Source: Amoeboaphelidium protococcarum X5 (lineage: Eukaryota; Fungi; Aphelidiomycota). From it: DNA of 64,000 nt. The stretch spans positions 2,445,497-2,509,496 of the forward strand of contig JALDTO010000266.1 in the NCBI GenBank assembly GCA_023515725.1. The letters run 5' to 3'. A program made the translations under genes and the position numbers. Numbering within the stretch: the stretch's first letter is position 1; each line of letters begins with the position of its first letter. The notes beneath the pieces were generated by a model that saw only the letters and a list, made by a program, of their open reading frames with translations, was not told the DNA's origin and did not search any database. This document shows positions 1 through 14,338 of the stretch, in pieces.

Positions 1-1104
1 GCCAGTGTGGACGAGAAAATGAATGATCCTATCGATACTCCAATCCTCGCTTGAGTAATCGACCCCAGAGCTGAGTTAAGACACTTCCACCTGCTTCTGA
101 TCGTATAGCAATGCAAAGATCTCCATTAAAGATTTCTTCAAGTGCGGTTTGAGAATGGTGGCAATAGTTTCAGTATATGACGATCCAACCTAGTAGGAAC
201 CGAAAACATCACGGCTATACCAGCACATAAACGACCAAGGGTTGATCAGCATATCATTCCCAATACAGTATCCACTGTACCATTCTTTGACATTCTTCTT
301 TGTGGATTCTTCAGGAATTAATGAACCAATTTCATCCATTGAGAATCCAAAAAAGGCTGAATATCTCCTATCAGCGACCGAGTAAACTTGAACGTTATTA
401 AGGCCAGATAGAATACCAGCGCCCCGAACTTCTACAATGCCCACTAAGCAGGCTTTCTTCAAAGCATCATTACTTTTAAGCGCAGACGAGTACAACAGGC
501 CAAAGAAGCCTGAGGCCTCCTTATAGAAACCTTGACGAAATGCATGATTTAAAGGCGCGTCATATTCATCCACCAATACAACAACACGTTTGCCGTACTT
601 TGTATGCAATTCAGTTGTCAGCCACTTGAGGCTCGATGCAACTCGGATTACGCTAACTGGAGGAGTCATTCTTGTAAAGTCCATATCTCTTGAGAGTAGT
701 GTAATTTCTTCAGCCAATTCGTGTCGATGACGCAAAACCATTTCGCGAATACACTGCCATACAGATTCATACATTTGTGCCCACGATTCGCCTTTACAGT
801 CTTTGAGATCCAGCACAACCACAGGATATTTACCGCAGTGCTTTTCTACAATATAAATCTCCTTTCCAATGAGGTAGCGGTCAAAGTGCCTAGGCTGGGC
901 ATTCAATGACAGAAATGATTTGAGCATTGACAGATTAGTGCTTTTACCAAACCTACGCGGACGGAGAATAGCAACGACCTCGGAGCCATCATTCATGAAT
1001 TCCTTTATAAAGAGACTCTTATCAATGAATAGAGCATCAATTTCGATAATCTCATCAAAGTTGGACGCGCCTATTAGAAGTGGGTGTGTACGGCTTGGCT
1101 GCAT
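1..1104 (-). CDS. AAA-ATPase-like protein (family usually fused to a C-terminal PD-(D/E)XK nuclease); 3' end runs off the window
   Basis: FIDKS, RPRRFGKS (Walker A), VLVDEYDAPL (Walker B), WYSGY and NPWS motifs. The frame continues past TAG at 190 to ...IIHFLVHTG at the window edge. Intronless. Confidence 0.85.
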
Positions 1105-1526
1105 TTATTACTAATGTATTGAAGAGATAAAACTGAAAAAGTTTGTGCACAACCGTCACATCTTCCACCTTGATAGATCTCGCCTTTGTACAGTATAATT
1201 TTGCTTTGGTGTTTTACCTCCTATCCTTAACTTTTGATTAATTGATCAATTTACAAATATCTCAAAATATACTAACACAGTTTGAAGTTTTGTTAAAGTA
1301 TCACGCAATGATGATCCAGAAGTTTAAAGCTCCAAATATTAATGAAGTCAAAGATTAAAGGTGTCAAAGGTCAGGCTTTCAAGATCAATATATTAAGGCT
1401 GTTCACAAAAGGTTAAAACGTCAAGTTTAATCAATTGCTTTTGTTGAGACCGCAATTGATAACTCATTATCCTTGCCATATCTCTTATCATCTTGTTGGA
1501 TATCAAGAGTAAACTCCGAGATCTAA

Positions 1527-2311
1527 GAGCATCTCCACCGGTAAATGTCCATAGATCGCCCTATAGAAATTTCTATGTGAAAATTTCTATATGGACATCG
1601 AAATCTCACACCGGTTGAACATAAAATTTCTATATGGATATTCATTAATGATGCAAGTTGAGAGTAATTATTACGCGATATAGTTTGCTCTTATACAAAT
1701 ACACGCGTTTATTCAATACCACCCAACTCATTTTTTCATCCTCTTTTCAATGGTGGTGGTCTCGAACGAAGATGACCGATTTTGATCTAGATGCCGTCAT
1801 CAATGACTTTATTTTTGATGACGATAGTAATTTAATATTACAGCCAGCTGCTTTGCAAGTTATTTAATAGAACTTAGAGCAGGCATCTTCAGTGCACGTG
1901 GATCTTCTGTCGGCAGATCTCCAAACTTGTCTAGGAACTTATGCATTGGCTGGCACACTCTCAACTTATGGCAAAATATTTTCACTGTTCTGATCTGTAC
2001 CAGCAACATGGTCTTTGCTTATCTAAGCTCAGGCATAACATAAAATCTCATCTTAATAAATTCTCCAGATTGCTCCAGCTGGCATACTGAACTGTTTGAT
2101 ACGCTTGAAACAACATAGTTGCGAAGGAAAACAGCGTTTAGAGCGATCGCAAAATGTCCAACCAAAATGTCCATAGGGGGGGTCTATGGACATTTTGGTT
2201 GGAAATTTTCAAAAAATTTATCTATGGACATTCCCGGTGGGGACAGGTTTTGATCAAAAAATATCTATACAGTACAAAAACAGCTATGGACATTCACCGG
2301 TGGAGATGCTC
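1527..2311. mobile_element. Non-autonomous, internally deleted PIF/Harbinger DNA transposon
   Basis: TIRs GAGCATCTCCACCGGT(A/G)AATGTCCATAG with 1 mismatch. TAA target duplication at 1524-1526 and 2312-2314. Subterminal CTAT(AT)GGACAT repeats. Plus-strand transposase N-terminal relic (RGSSVGRSPNLSR) and minus-strand Myb/SANT relic (DEILCYA*AQISKDHVAGTDQ). Confidence 0.9.
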
Positions 2312-4354
2312 TAAGTATAGCCGATGACTTTGTGATACAGGTTGATTGAAATATATTTTTCGAGTGAATATTTCCAATATTTAAATGTCATATATCTAGT
2401 CCAACCTGATATTTAATACACCAGACTTTCCATCACGCGTCATCAATGCTTTAGTGCTGATTGTTAATTTACTCATTCTTTTAATTAGCAAAAAGGACCA
2501 CATCACCTTGAACTGATATAGATACAGCATTAGCTACTGCGACAGATTTAGATGCCACAGCGTCTTCAACTCTTTCACCAAACTCTCTGTCCTACTATTC
2601 CTCCCTTACCTCAAAATTCGTTAGCAGCTTTTTTAATCTCTTGCACGTCAGACGCTTCTGCGTGTTCAGGGCATAATAAATTCTCACAGATTTCACTAAA
2701 TCGCCATATCTCTACTTTGGTAGCTTGTTCAAGCACTTCAGAGTCAAATATTTCGAGGAAATAGACTTTTAATCAAACAGGTACTTGATGATTTTTATGC
2801 ACTTGTAAGCAAACTTCTGACTTGTGATATGGATCTTCAAAATCCTCTATCACAACGGACCAGATAATTTTCACCAACTTTTTTACTGTATCACCAAGGC
2901 CATTCAATTGTCGTACTAACTTCCCTAAACACAGCATCATAGTCAATAAATCCATTTAAAATCTTCAAAGACGTACTAGGTGATCTTTTCGCAAAGACCC
3001 ATGCAGGATTAGCTTGTGTTCTAATTCCAGTATGTTCTGATTGATTCGATCGCATCAAACGCGTACTTACAGTGCTGTACATGACACTGGAGGTGAGATA
3101 TATCACTTTTTACTACTAACGCACGTGCAGTTTCATTCTTTTAATTCTACTCCTTGCACAACCTTTTGTACTCTATCGCCACGGTGATCAATTGCCTTGC
3201 TGCGCCACCCAGTTTAACCCCATCAGCCACGTTGTCCTGAGTTGTCAGCTATACAGCTTCTTCTTCCCCTAGAACACTTTCCAAGACACCTTAAAAATCT
3301 TCACCAGCTGAATTTTCTTCTGACTAGGTGGCCTTTCTATCGGCACATTCAACGTTCGAGTCACCACTCCAGCCAACTTCTTCATGCAGTTTTTCCAGTT
3401 CTAGTTCTACAATTTCATCAGGTGTCAGGAGTTTCTTCAATATATCCTTGGCTTTCTTCGGTCATCATATCACTAACATGTTGGATATCAGAATTGACAA
3501 TTAGGTCATCATTCCATTCTAGCCAGTGGTTACCTTCAAAGCGCACACCAACCTAGTCCTTACCAATTTCTTAAGACATTTTAATATCAATAAAGTGCAA
3601 ATAATAATGTTTAGAAAAATACGCAATATTGAATATCATATCTACAAGAACTTATGCCCTCAACCTGTCAAGAAGTGTCTCATAAATTTCTCCGAGGTTC
3701 TTCAATTTGGTAACCTTACCCAGCGCGTTAGCTGCTTCAACAAATCCGAGCAGTCTTATTCACCTTACCCCGTAAAACCGTTAAACCGCGAGTCTTCCAT
3801 CGTCACTCTGCATCCTAATTCAATCACCATATCATCTCAATAGACACGAAACGTAACCATTAAGCAGCTCTTGCTCGCTCTGTGGTGTTTTGTAGTTGCT
3901 AAGTAAATGGCTGGATAATTTAGTTTCCTTAATCTCTGGCTCGCCTGAAGTGCAATGATTACTGGATCCAACTGGTATCATGCCTGGTAACAGTGCCTAA
4001 TCCCAAAAATTGGTTCATACACCTCAAATCTTCATGTATAGACTTATAACAAGCACCGTCATGGTATGATAAAGCGCCATCAACCTAACTTACTCTAGCA
4101 ATAACGTTCTTTCCCGCCAACTTTTGCGGTGGCTGTACGTTCTCGCTCATGTTTCAATTTTCAATCTTAGCCTTTACAGTAGAACGAACTATTGAGATGA
4201 GAACCGCTCGCGTCTTCTCACTTTGTCATTCTTGTTTTGACTTTTCGTACCACCTTTGTACAGTATTGCAAAACGTTTGAAATATACCTTACATCTTCTT
4301 ATTCTGCTTCTTCTTCTTTACGATTTCGCTGTGGTATTTAATTGCGCCGTTGTT

Positions 4355-5338
4355 ATGACTGTTTAAATATTGGATCAAGTGAATGTGCCTTGGACAGAAA
4401 AGTACAGACCTCGCGTGCTGGAAGAGGTGGTTGGTAATGCAGAGATTGTGGATAGATTAAAAGTTATCGCCAAGGATGGAAACATGCCGCATCTCATCCT
4501 TAGTGGTCCCAGTGGTATTGGCAAGACCACAAGTATCATGTGTCTGGCTCATGAACTCCTACCGAAAGAGTGTATTGCGGAGGCTGTTCTAGAACTGAAT
4601 GCCAGTGATGATCGTGGTATCGATGTGGTGCGTAATAAAATCAAAATGTTCTGCCAAAAGAAGGTCACCCTGCCACCGAATAGACAAAAGATTGTCATTC
4701 TGGATGAATGTGACTCGATGACTTCCGGTGCTTAGTAAGCTCTGCGGCGTACAATGGAAATATATTCTGGGACCACTAGATTCGCGCTGGCTTGCAACTT
4801 GAGTAATAAGATCATTGAACCAATCCAGAGTCGCTGTGCCATGCTGCGTTATTAGAAGCTGAATGATAAGGAGATGTTGACCAGATTGATGGCAATCTGC
4901 AAACTGGAGAATGTCTCCTATTCGCCAGAGGGACTGGAGGCATTAATATTTTGTGCTGAAGGTGATTTGCGTAATGCTGTCAATAATCTTCAATCCACCT
5001 GGTCCGGTTTTGGTCATGTTAATGAAGACACGGTGTTCAAGGTGTGTGACTCTCCCCACCCGGCTGTGATCAAGAAAATTCTGACATGTACAATCCAGGG
5101 TAATGTGGATGAGGCTGTGTAGATTCTGGGCGAAGTCTACGCTCTCGGCTACTCTGCACTGGACATTATTAATACTCTGTTCAAGGTTGTCAAGTTTATG
5201 CGTGAGTTGGATGAGGCGCGTCAACTGGAGTATGTCAAAATCATTGGATTCACTCACATGCGCATTCTGGATGGAGTCAACTCTCTGCTTCAACTAAGTT
5301 CATGCATTGCTCAGATGTGTGAATGTTCCATTAATTGA
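4355..5338 (+). CDS. RFC4: Replication factor C small subunit (yeast Rfc4 / human RFC2 type), 327 aa
   Basis: [58 protein letters not shown] (=QQ), SRC motif; ends at TGA. Confidence 0.93.
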
Positions 5339-5835
5339 ATACACTGTGTCATAAATTGATATTTAGTTCTTGAACTTTACTCTATACAAGGATTAAATTA
5401 CAAACCACGCTTTAAGCGTACTGTGCGTAAAAGTGCATCGCATGATTACAATATTTTGTGAAAAGAAACCACCAAATTTAGCAGTAGCTTCGATGTATTC
5501 AGTGCTAAAGAGATAATTGTATTAAATCAGTATTACGTGCTGATGAGAGATAAATAGATAGATAGAGTTGTTTCAAAGTGTAGCATGACGCTAAGAAACT
5601 GAATGAGTGCTAGATAGAGACTTTCGTGTGTCTCGCTTGCTGGAGCTCTTTTCTGTTTTCTTCTTGTTGAAGACAACTGGCTGACCGAGTTGTTAGAACT
5701 TTGTTACAGGCGTCTGTATTTACACCGTTCTTCACTGAATTGGCTTGAAAATAATTCAGTCTTGTCAATCATAATAATTGCATTTAGATACTAGCGAGCT
5801 TCAATTTACATTCTGAAATTTAAATAGGAATAAAT

Positions 5836-7659
5836 ATGGCTGGAAAGTAGACATCGGCTTGGTCAGCGATTCTGGGCGATGATGCTGAGGATGGTGATGA
5901 CTTGCATAGTGTTCCCACCATCAAGATTAATGCTAATTAGAACTAGCATTTGATAGCGAGTATAAGATAGGCATCCAAGACTAGAAGTGCTCTGGATCAA
6001 GATAATTTCAAGCCTCAGGGTAACACTTAATAAGGTGGAGTAGCGAAGGATGCAGTTACTGGGATGTAGAGTTTAAACATTAACAATAACGGGAGTAGTA
6101 GTAGTAATGGCAAGTCTGATAAAGACCCCTAATCGGATTTTAAAAAAGTCAGAGGAGACAGCGATGCTAGTACAATAAAGTTGAGCAAGTTGTAGAATCC
6201 TGTTCTGCAATAGAAACAATCTGTGGATCAGGGTACAAACATTAGACTGGAAGATATCAAGAGTGACTTGGAGGATTTTCTCGGATTTGATGATGATGAT
6301 GACGGTGATGATAATGGAGCTAAAGATAATTCAAGCCATAGCAATGCTGATGTATTTTAGTAATAGGGAACTACTGCTACATCTGGATCTTCTTCCAACT
6401 CCAACAATAAAGGTGGCAAATCGGCAAAGAGTCTAACTACTTCAGGTGGAAGTGATTTTGATTTGGACGACATCTCTGCGTTGGCAGATGAGAGTTCATA
6501 GTCTAGAAAACCTCTTTAACTTCCTCAATCTTAATCTTCAGCTAGTTCTCGTGCCAATGTCTCCAATTCTGCAAGTGGCGGTAGCAGTAATGGATCCAAG
6601 GCGTCGTTGATGTCATACAGTGATCAATAATAATAATAATAGTAACAATAGGGGAAGAAGCCTGCTTAGATTCTCACCAATAATTAGGTGGATGATATCG
6701 CTGATTTCCTCAATGATGATGTTCTCGATGATGGCGGTGCAGCTTAGCGTAAAGGAGTTAGAAAGTAGACATCATCAGTATTCGGATCTTTCACGCCATC
6801 TTAAAGGTATGCTGCATCCTCCAAATAGCCTGCTCTTAGTGTCGCTGCTACTCAGGTTAAAGTCCAGAGTGAGTTGGTGGAGTTTGATTGTTCCTATGGT
6901 TAAGCTCTACCTGTCAGTAATTGGGGTAATGTTATCAAAGTCAATAAGAAGACTTTGAAATACTTATGTCTATCTCAGAATGCAGTGGCCATGTTACCTG
7001 ATTTTTCCATGGCATCTGAACTTCTCCAGGTTGACGCTTCGTTCAATAAATTAAAAGCTGTTCCTAATGTCACAGGCCTAAACAAGTTGTAAGAGCTGTA
7101 CTTGCAGAATAATAATATTGCCTCGTTTACTGATTTGCAGTTGGCTAATCTAAGAGTATTAGACTTGGCAAAGAATCAGATAACGTCCCTGGATGGAGTG
7201 TCGCGACTAAAGTCTCTTACACGACTCGATGTTAGTTGTAATTAATTGGCCGCACTTCCCTCTGATCTGTAGAAATGCACAATGCTCACCCACTTGAATG
7301 TGTCAGGCAACAAGTTGACCGCGGTGGATGACAAGTTTTTTGTTGAGCTGAAGGCACTCAAAGGTTTGCATCTAGGTAGAAATTAGCTGAAGCAGGCTCC
7401 TTCTTCCATTTCAAAGTTGGTTGAGCTACAGGAACTGGATCTATCAGGTAATGAGCCTCTGAAATCTCTTTCCAACATTTCATTTGATCGTTTTGTCAAT
7501 TTGCGAGTCTTGAACGTATCTCATACCTCCATCACATCTGTTCCTGATGCTATTGGACAATGCTAGTAGATGCTGTTGTTGAATTTGCGCAAGTGCTCCA
7601 TCTAAAAAGTACCGAATTCTATAACTAAAAACAACAAGGCGATTGAAATTATTCATTGA
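5836..7659 (+). CDS. Leucine-rich repeat protein with a long disordered N-terminus, ~607 aa
   Basis: Open with TAR=Gln. C-terminal repeats LQELYLQNNNI, LRVLDLAKNQI, LTHLNVSGNKL, LQELDLSGN; TGA stop. Confidence 0.85.
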
Positions 7660-7780
7660 TGTCTTGAATGATATCTATGATTGTTTTAGTTAAACTTACA
7701 TTTTTTTATTCAATCGTCTTTCAAGGATTATATCCATGTATAAGTCTAAAGTTTACTACTTCATCATCATTGAATCATGA

Positions 7781-9798
<2,018 letters not shown>

Positions 9799-10024
9799 TG
9801 TATTGATTATGAATATTCAGATACTTTTTATTTATTAACACTATACCAGACCTTAAATCATGAAAGAAAAATTAATAAACAAATTTCAATGCCGAAGCCA
9901 TAGCAATCATATTTATAGACTGCTTCGATAAGTCTGATCTCCAATGGGCGTTGAAGCCTCATCAGTCTGTAAGATCGCGCGCTTTCAAAAATCTAATATT
10001 ACACAGCTTTGATATTGAAGAGGA

Positions 10025-10428
10025 ATGGACTCTATATTTGACGTGTTCTGGAGGCAATCTATCAGCTCCACATCTACTATAGATGATATAAGTTTAGACA
10101 AGGTATATTTATTTATTCATTCAATTGAGAGCGATTGCAGTTCGAGCTTTTTAGCATCTGACTAACGTACACGATCAGGTGGAGTTATGGAAACTGAAGG
10201 TCTGCTCTATTGATGGTTCCGATAGAACTATTGAAGAATTGGAACAACTGAAAGCTACTATATACCTGCCTGAACTACAAACTGCTCAGTAAGTGTATAT
10301 CCGGGCAATAGATTCAAAAAACTGATGATAAAAGTAAAGATGATGATTGTAGAGCAAATTTAGAAAGGATCAAGCAAGTGATAGACAAGAACGTCCAAAA
10401 CAACAGTGCTAATAAAGATAATCAATGA
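10025..10428 (+). CDS. Small hypothetical protein with two predicted introns
   Basis: GTATAT...CTAAC...CAG intron at 10103-10178 and a second GTAAGT...TAG intron give a short ORF ending in TGA. No family recognised. Confidence 0.4.
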
Positions 10429-10460
10429 TGATGACGTGGCACTGTAAAATTTACATAATC

Positions 10461-11117
10461 TCATTCTTTATAAACAGGTGGTCGATTGTCCTTGTTACGC
10501 AGCAGACGCGAGTGAAGCCAGTCAACACTTTCCCGCACGCCGTCGCCTGTAAGAGCACACAGCGGCAGAACGTTACTCTCGCGCGCACTCAGCTTTACGG
10601 CAATCTGATTGAATATCTCTTTCACCTGCTCAATCTTGAGTGATAGTGTCAAGTCTTGCTTATTGGCTAGCATGAGAATAGGTACACCTTCCACTTGATC
10701 ATTGGAGATTATTTTATCAAACACCATCTTCACCTCTTCTATTCGCTCTCTGTCCGTGCTGTCCACCATGAATATTATTGCATGACACTCGGCATAGTAC
10801 GAATCCCATATTGATTGCAAATCAGTTTATCCGCCTACACATTACTGCTTAATTACTTCAGAATGAACGATTTACTGCAATAAGCGCGTACCTAAATCCC
10901 AAAAGTTGAGTCGTATTGATTGCATGTCAACTTTGCAAATGTTCAGACCAATAGTCGGATTGATCTTCTCTGGTGGCAGTCCTTTGGCGCCCGTGTAGAT
11001 TGACTTTATTCGCTCCAGCATTGTAGTCTTTCCAGAGTTATCCAGTCCCAGTACCAGAATATTATACTCCTCCTTCCTAGTCAAATGCCGATATAATCCA
11101 CTAAAAAGAGTATACAT
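10461..11117 (-). CDS. ARFRP1: ARF-related GTPase ARFRP1 / yeast Arl3; intron 10835-10891
   Basis: MYTLFSGLY N-terminus, GLDNSGKTT, WDLGG-TAA (=Q), ANKQD; TGA stop. Confidence 0.93.
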
Positions 11118-11296
11118 TGCTCTTACACACTGGTAGTTCTGAAATAACTAAACCCGCCCTTTTCTTCAGTAGATACCGCTTGATAGAGAATTTCGCTTAG
11201 CGCTTTGCTCTTGTTTCTTCACTGTCAGCTTTGCTGTGTTAAGATTAGTAAAATCGCGTCTTGTGAAGTACAATTACTACCAATTGCATACAGAAT

Positions 11297-11572
11297 ATGA
11301 ATTAAATTAAATAGCCATTTGATCTACTGGCACTTACATTAGATGAAAAGGTATTTATAAAGCTGAGAGGTGGGAGAGAGCTGACTGGTCGGTTGAATGC
11401 GTATGATGGACATCTGAACATGGTTCTGCAGGATGTCACGGAGAAGACGTTGACTGTGAATGAAGACACTGAACAGGTGCAACCTCAAATCAGGAATATG
11501 CCAATGTTATTTGTGCGCGGAGATGGTGTTCTTCTAATGTCACCACTTTTAAATAATGGCACAAGTGTATGA
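11297..11572 (+). CDS. LSM3: U6 snRNA-associated Sm-like protein LSm3
   Basis: PFDLLALTLDEKVFIKLRGGRELTGRLNAYDGHLNMVL...LFVRGDGVLLMSP. Confidence 0.9.
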
Positions 11573-11648
11573 ATATAAAGTAGAAAATAGGCGTGTTTAG
11601 CAATACGATTATAATATTGGATCTTGACTTCTATTAGTTTATATTCAA

Positions 11649-12722
11649 TCAATCGGTTTGTGAGGATTGCTGTTCATGAGAGCTAGTACCGTTGTCTTGT
11701 TGTCCAGTTGTACTATTATTAGTTTACTATAATGGAGACGATGCGGTAGGCTAATCTGACAGATGCCGCCTATCAATAGGACATGTATCGCTAGTCTTGA
11801 GCCACTGTACAATGCACTGCTCATGAAAGTAATGCTTACACTACGGAAGTGAACACAGCTTATCTCCATCCACAAAGTCGTCTTTACAAATGGCGCATTC
11901 ATCGCTCTCCTACCTGCCATCACTCGACCTACTTTCATACTTGGACCTCTTCAACTTTGCAATATCATCATCCGAAGCTGGTTTATTCTTATTATGAGCA
12001 CTTCCGAATTGTTCCATCAAACGCGTGATCACATCATCCATACCATTGGCTCCCCATGCATAATCACCAGGATTTCCAACCATGCCCATCATATGTCTCA
12101 CCTGATCTTGATTGAATAGACCGCCTTACGCGCCTAGTGCTTATTAAAAGAATTATTGAAACAAATCATTGATATTTTGCACTTCCTCTTATTATTGTGG
12201 ACCTTCACTGCCAGCGAACATACCACCACCAACACCACCCGGACCATATGAGAATGAGAATGATGACGCCTGATTAGGCCCAAAGCGGAAGGTTCTTGTA
12301 TACGGTTATTACTATCGTTATTATTGTTGATTCTAATTATTCTATCGTCCAGTAGATTAAGATCTATTATTTCCGCCAGATGAGCCATTATTGTTCTCTT
12401 ATTGTTAAGCGCTGGATTATTGCTAACCTCTATTAGTAGGTACACTGAATGGTGCACCGAATAAGCCCTATAAAACTGCATTAATGTCTAATGGTGGTAT
12501 TTATGATTGACTACCAGAAATGTCCGGAATATCAGGATCCTCGGCATCGATAACTTCATATTCAGCATCCCGACTATCTCCATCTTCCATCAACTCGACA
12601 AACTCGCTTCCGCATCTAGGACACTACGGCTGTGATAAATAAGCATCAGACTGATCAGCAGGCGGTAATTCTGAATAAAAAGTAATTCCACATCCATGAC
12701 AAAAATGATTATTCAAATCCAT
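11649..12722 (-). CDS. RNF115/RNF126-like RING-H2 E3 ubiquitin ligase
   Basis: N-terminal zinc ribbon FCHGC...CPRCGSEFVE, central GNPGDYAWG...DDVITRLM, C-terminal CAICKDDF...CKHYFHEQCIVQWL...CPIDR. Confidence 0.9.
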
Positions 12723-12928
12723 CTAAAAGCCTCTTTAAAAGTACGCAAGGATATTTATAAGATGAATCTATTGTGGTCGCAATAATAAATGCTGATCTGT
12801 TCAAAGAAACTCTACAACGGCCTGGAGAAAGTCAAATCGGAGCCAATGCGAGAAACAAAAGAACGCGAAAGAATGTGAAACATCGCTGAGATTTATATCA
12901 GAGGAATGATACTTAGGAATACTGTTAT

Positions 12929-14092
12929 TCATCGCTTTCTCAGATTCATAAACGGTGACGTATTGCTAGCTTTGTTACCATCTTTGGATATAAGAGACAC
13001 ACTTGGTTCCTCTTCATTGGGCAAATGAGAAGACTACTACGCAGTTGCACCGCTTTAGGAGGCAAATTCACTCATCAGACGCTCATCTCGCTTTAGAGTT
13101 TGCAATCTCAATTCAGTGAGACGAGTCATTTAGAGACAATTGATCTAACGCATAAGAAGCGCGTGTAGTTTCTCGCCGTCTTAAAGTGGACGTAGAGGGG
13201 AGTAGACCAAGATTAACAACACGAGTGCAAATGCAGAGCGACGCATTATCACAATGTAGTCGTGAGTCATGAGACTAGATGCCATAGAGTCATCATCTAA
13301 AAATCCAAAAGACATTGCGTATACGTCCAGAATTTCATTTAAATACTCTTGCGGTATGAATGACTAAGCAATATCAGCACAAAGAACCGAGAGGATGATT
13401 CCACAACAGAATACAAACATTCCACCACGTCTACTGGATGTCCCGTATTTCCATGCTACAAAAGCATTCTCCGATACAAGAACAAGGGCGATGAATACAA
13501 TAAAGTGTACATACTCATATAGAGTGTGAAATGAATACACTGCACCGTAGTCGTACAATCCTTAACACCACGTACATTTTATAAACGTGTCATGACCGTA
13601 TCGAGTGTAATACTGCTTCAGCTCTTTGCTTTTAACCAGCTCATACAAGGATGTGATAAACTAATCGTACGACTAAGTCTACTCCAGAGCCTGGGTAGTA
13701 TCATAATTTAACAGTCTCGCTTTTGTCAGAGGTCTTATATAATTATACTTAGAATCTCGAGTCAGATTAGCAGCAGCGGGATCAGAGCGCAAAGTGGCCA
13801 TGTAATCAATATACGCGTTTCTTACCTGGTAGTTGGGTGCATTATGAGATACTCGCAATGAGCGAAATATCGATGGCATTGGATATAACGCAGTCAGCAG
13901 CATATAATAGACGGCATAGATTACCAACACTACGGATACTAGCCGCTCAATGGCAAATAACTTTCTAGCCTTCTCCGATTATAGATCAACTTGAGGCTTA
14001 TCTCCACCGCGTCCCTTCATTATGTTAAATGCCATCGATATAATCCAAGGTAGCCCTATAATCGTGGCCATATTGATCACCAACGATGACAT
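12929..14092 (-). CDS. Uncharacterised multi-pass membrane protein, 387 aa
   Basis: Continuous ORF with TAR=Gln, several hydrophobic segments, YGHDTFIKCTWC motif, TGA stop. Confidence 0.7.
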
Positions 14093-14338
14093 TTTGATTA
14101 ATATATTATAAAAACTATTCTACTTTCTGGTTATTTTCTTTAATAATAAACCAAGAGTAAAGCAAAATTGGAATGGCTATTGAACGTTTAAATTTTGAGA
14201 TCGTGATAAAGTTGAAATTGACCAATCAGATCAAAATCCGCTTCAGTGTGTCAAGGAGTAAAATAGCACCACAGAGGCCGCATTTATAGAATTAAAATGT
14301 TATTTAGTAGTCATCAATAAAGCAATACTATATCAGTG

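Noticed and set aside
2315-3900. Decayed minus-strand coding-like DNA (EDSRFNGFTG, possibly gag-like)
   Set aside because: Multiple TGA stops and no diagnostic motif; cannot be assigned.
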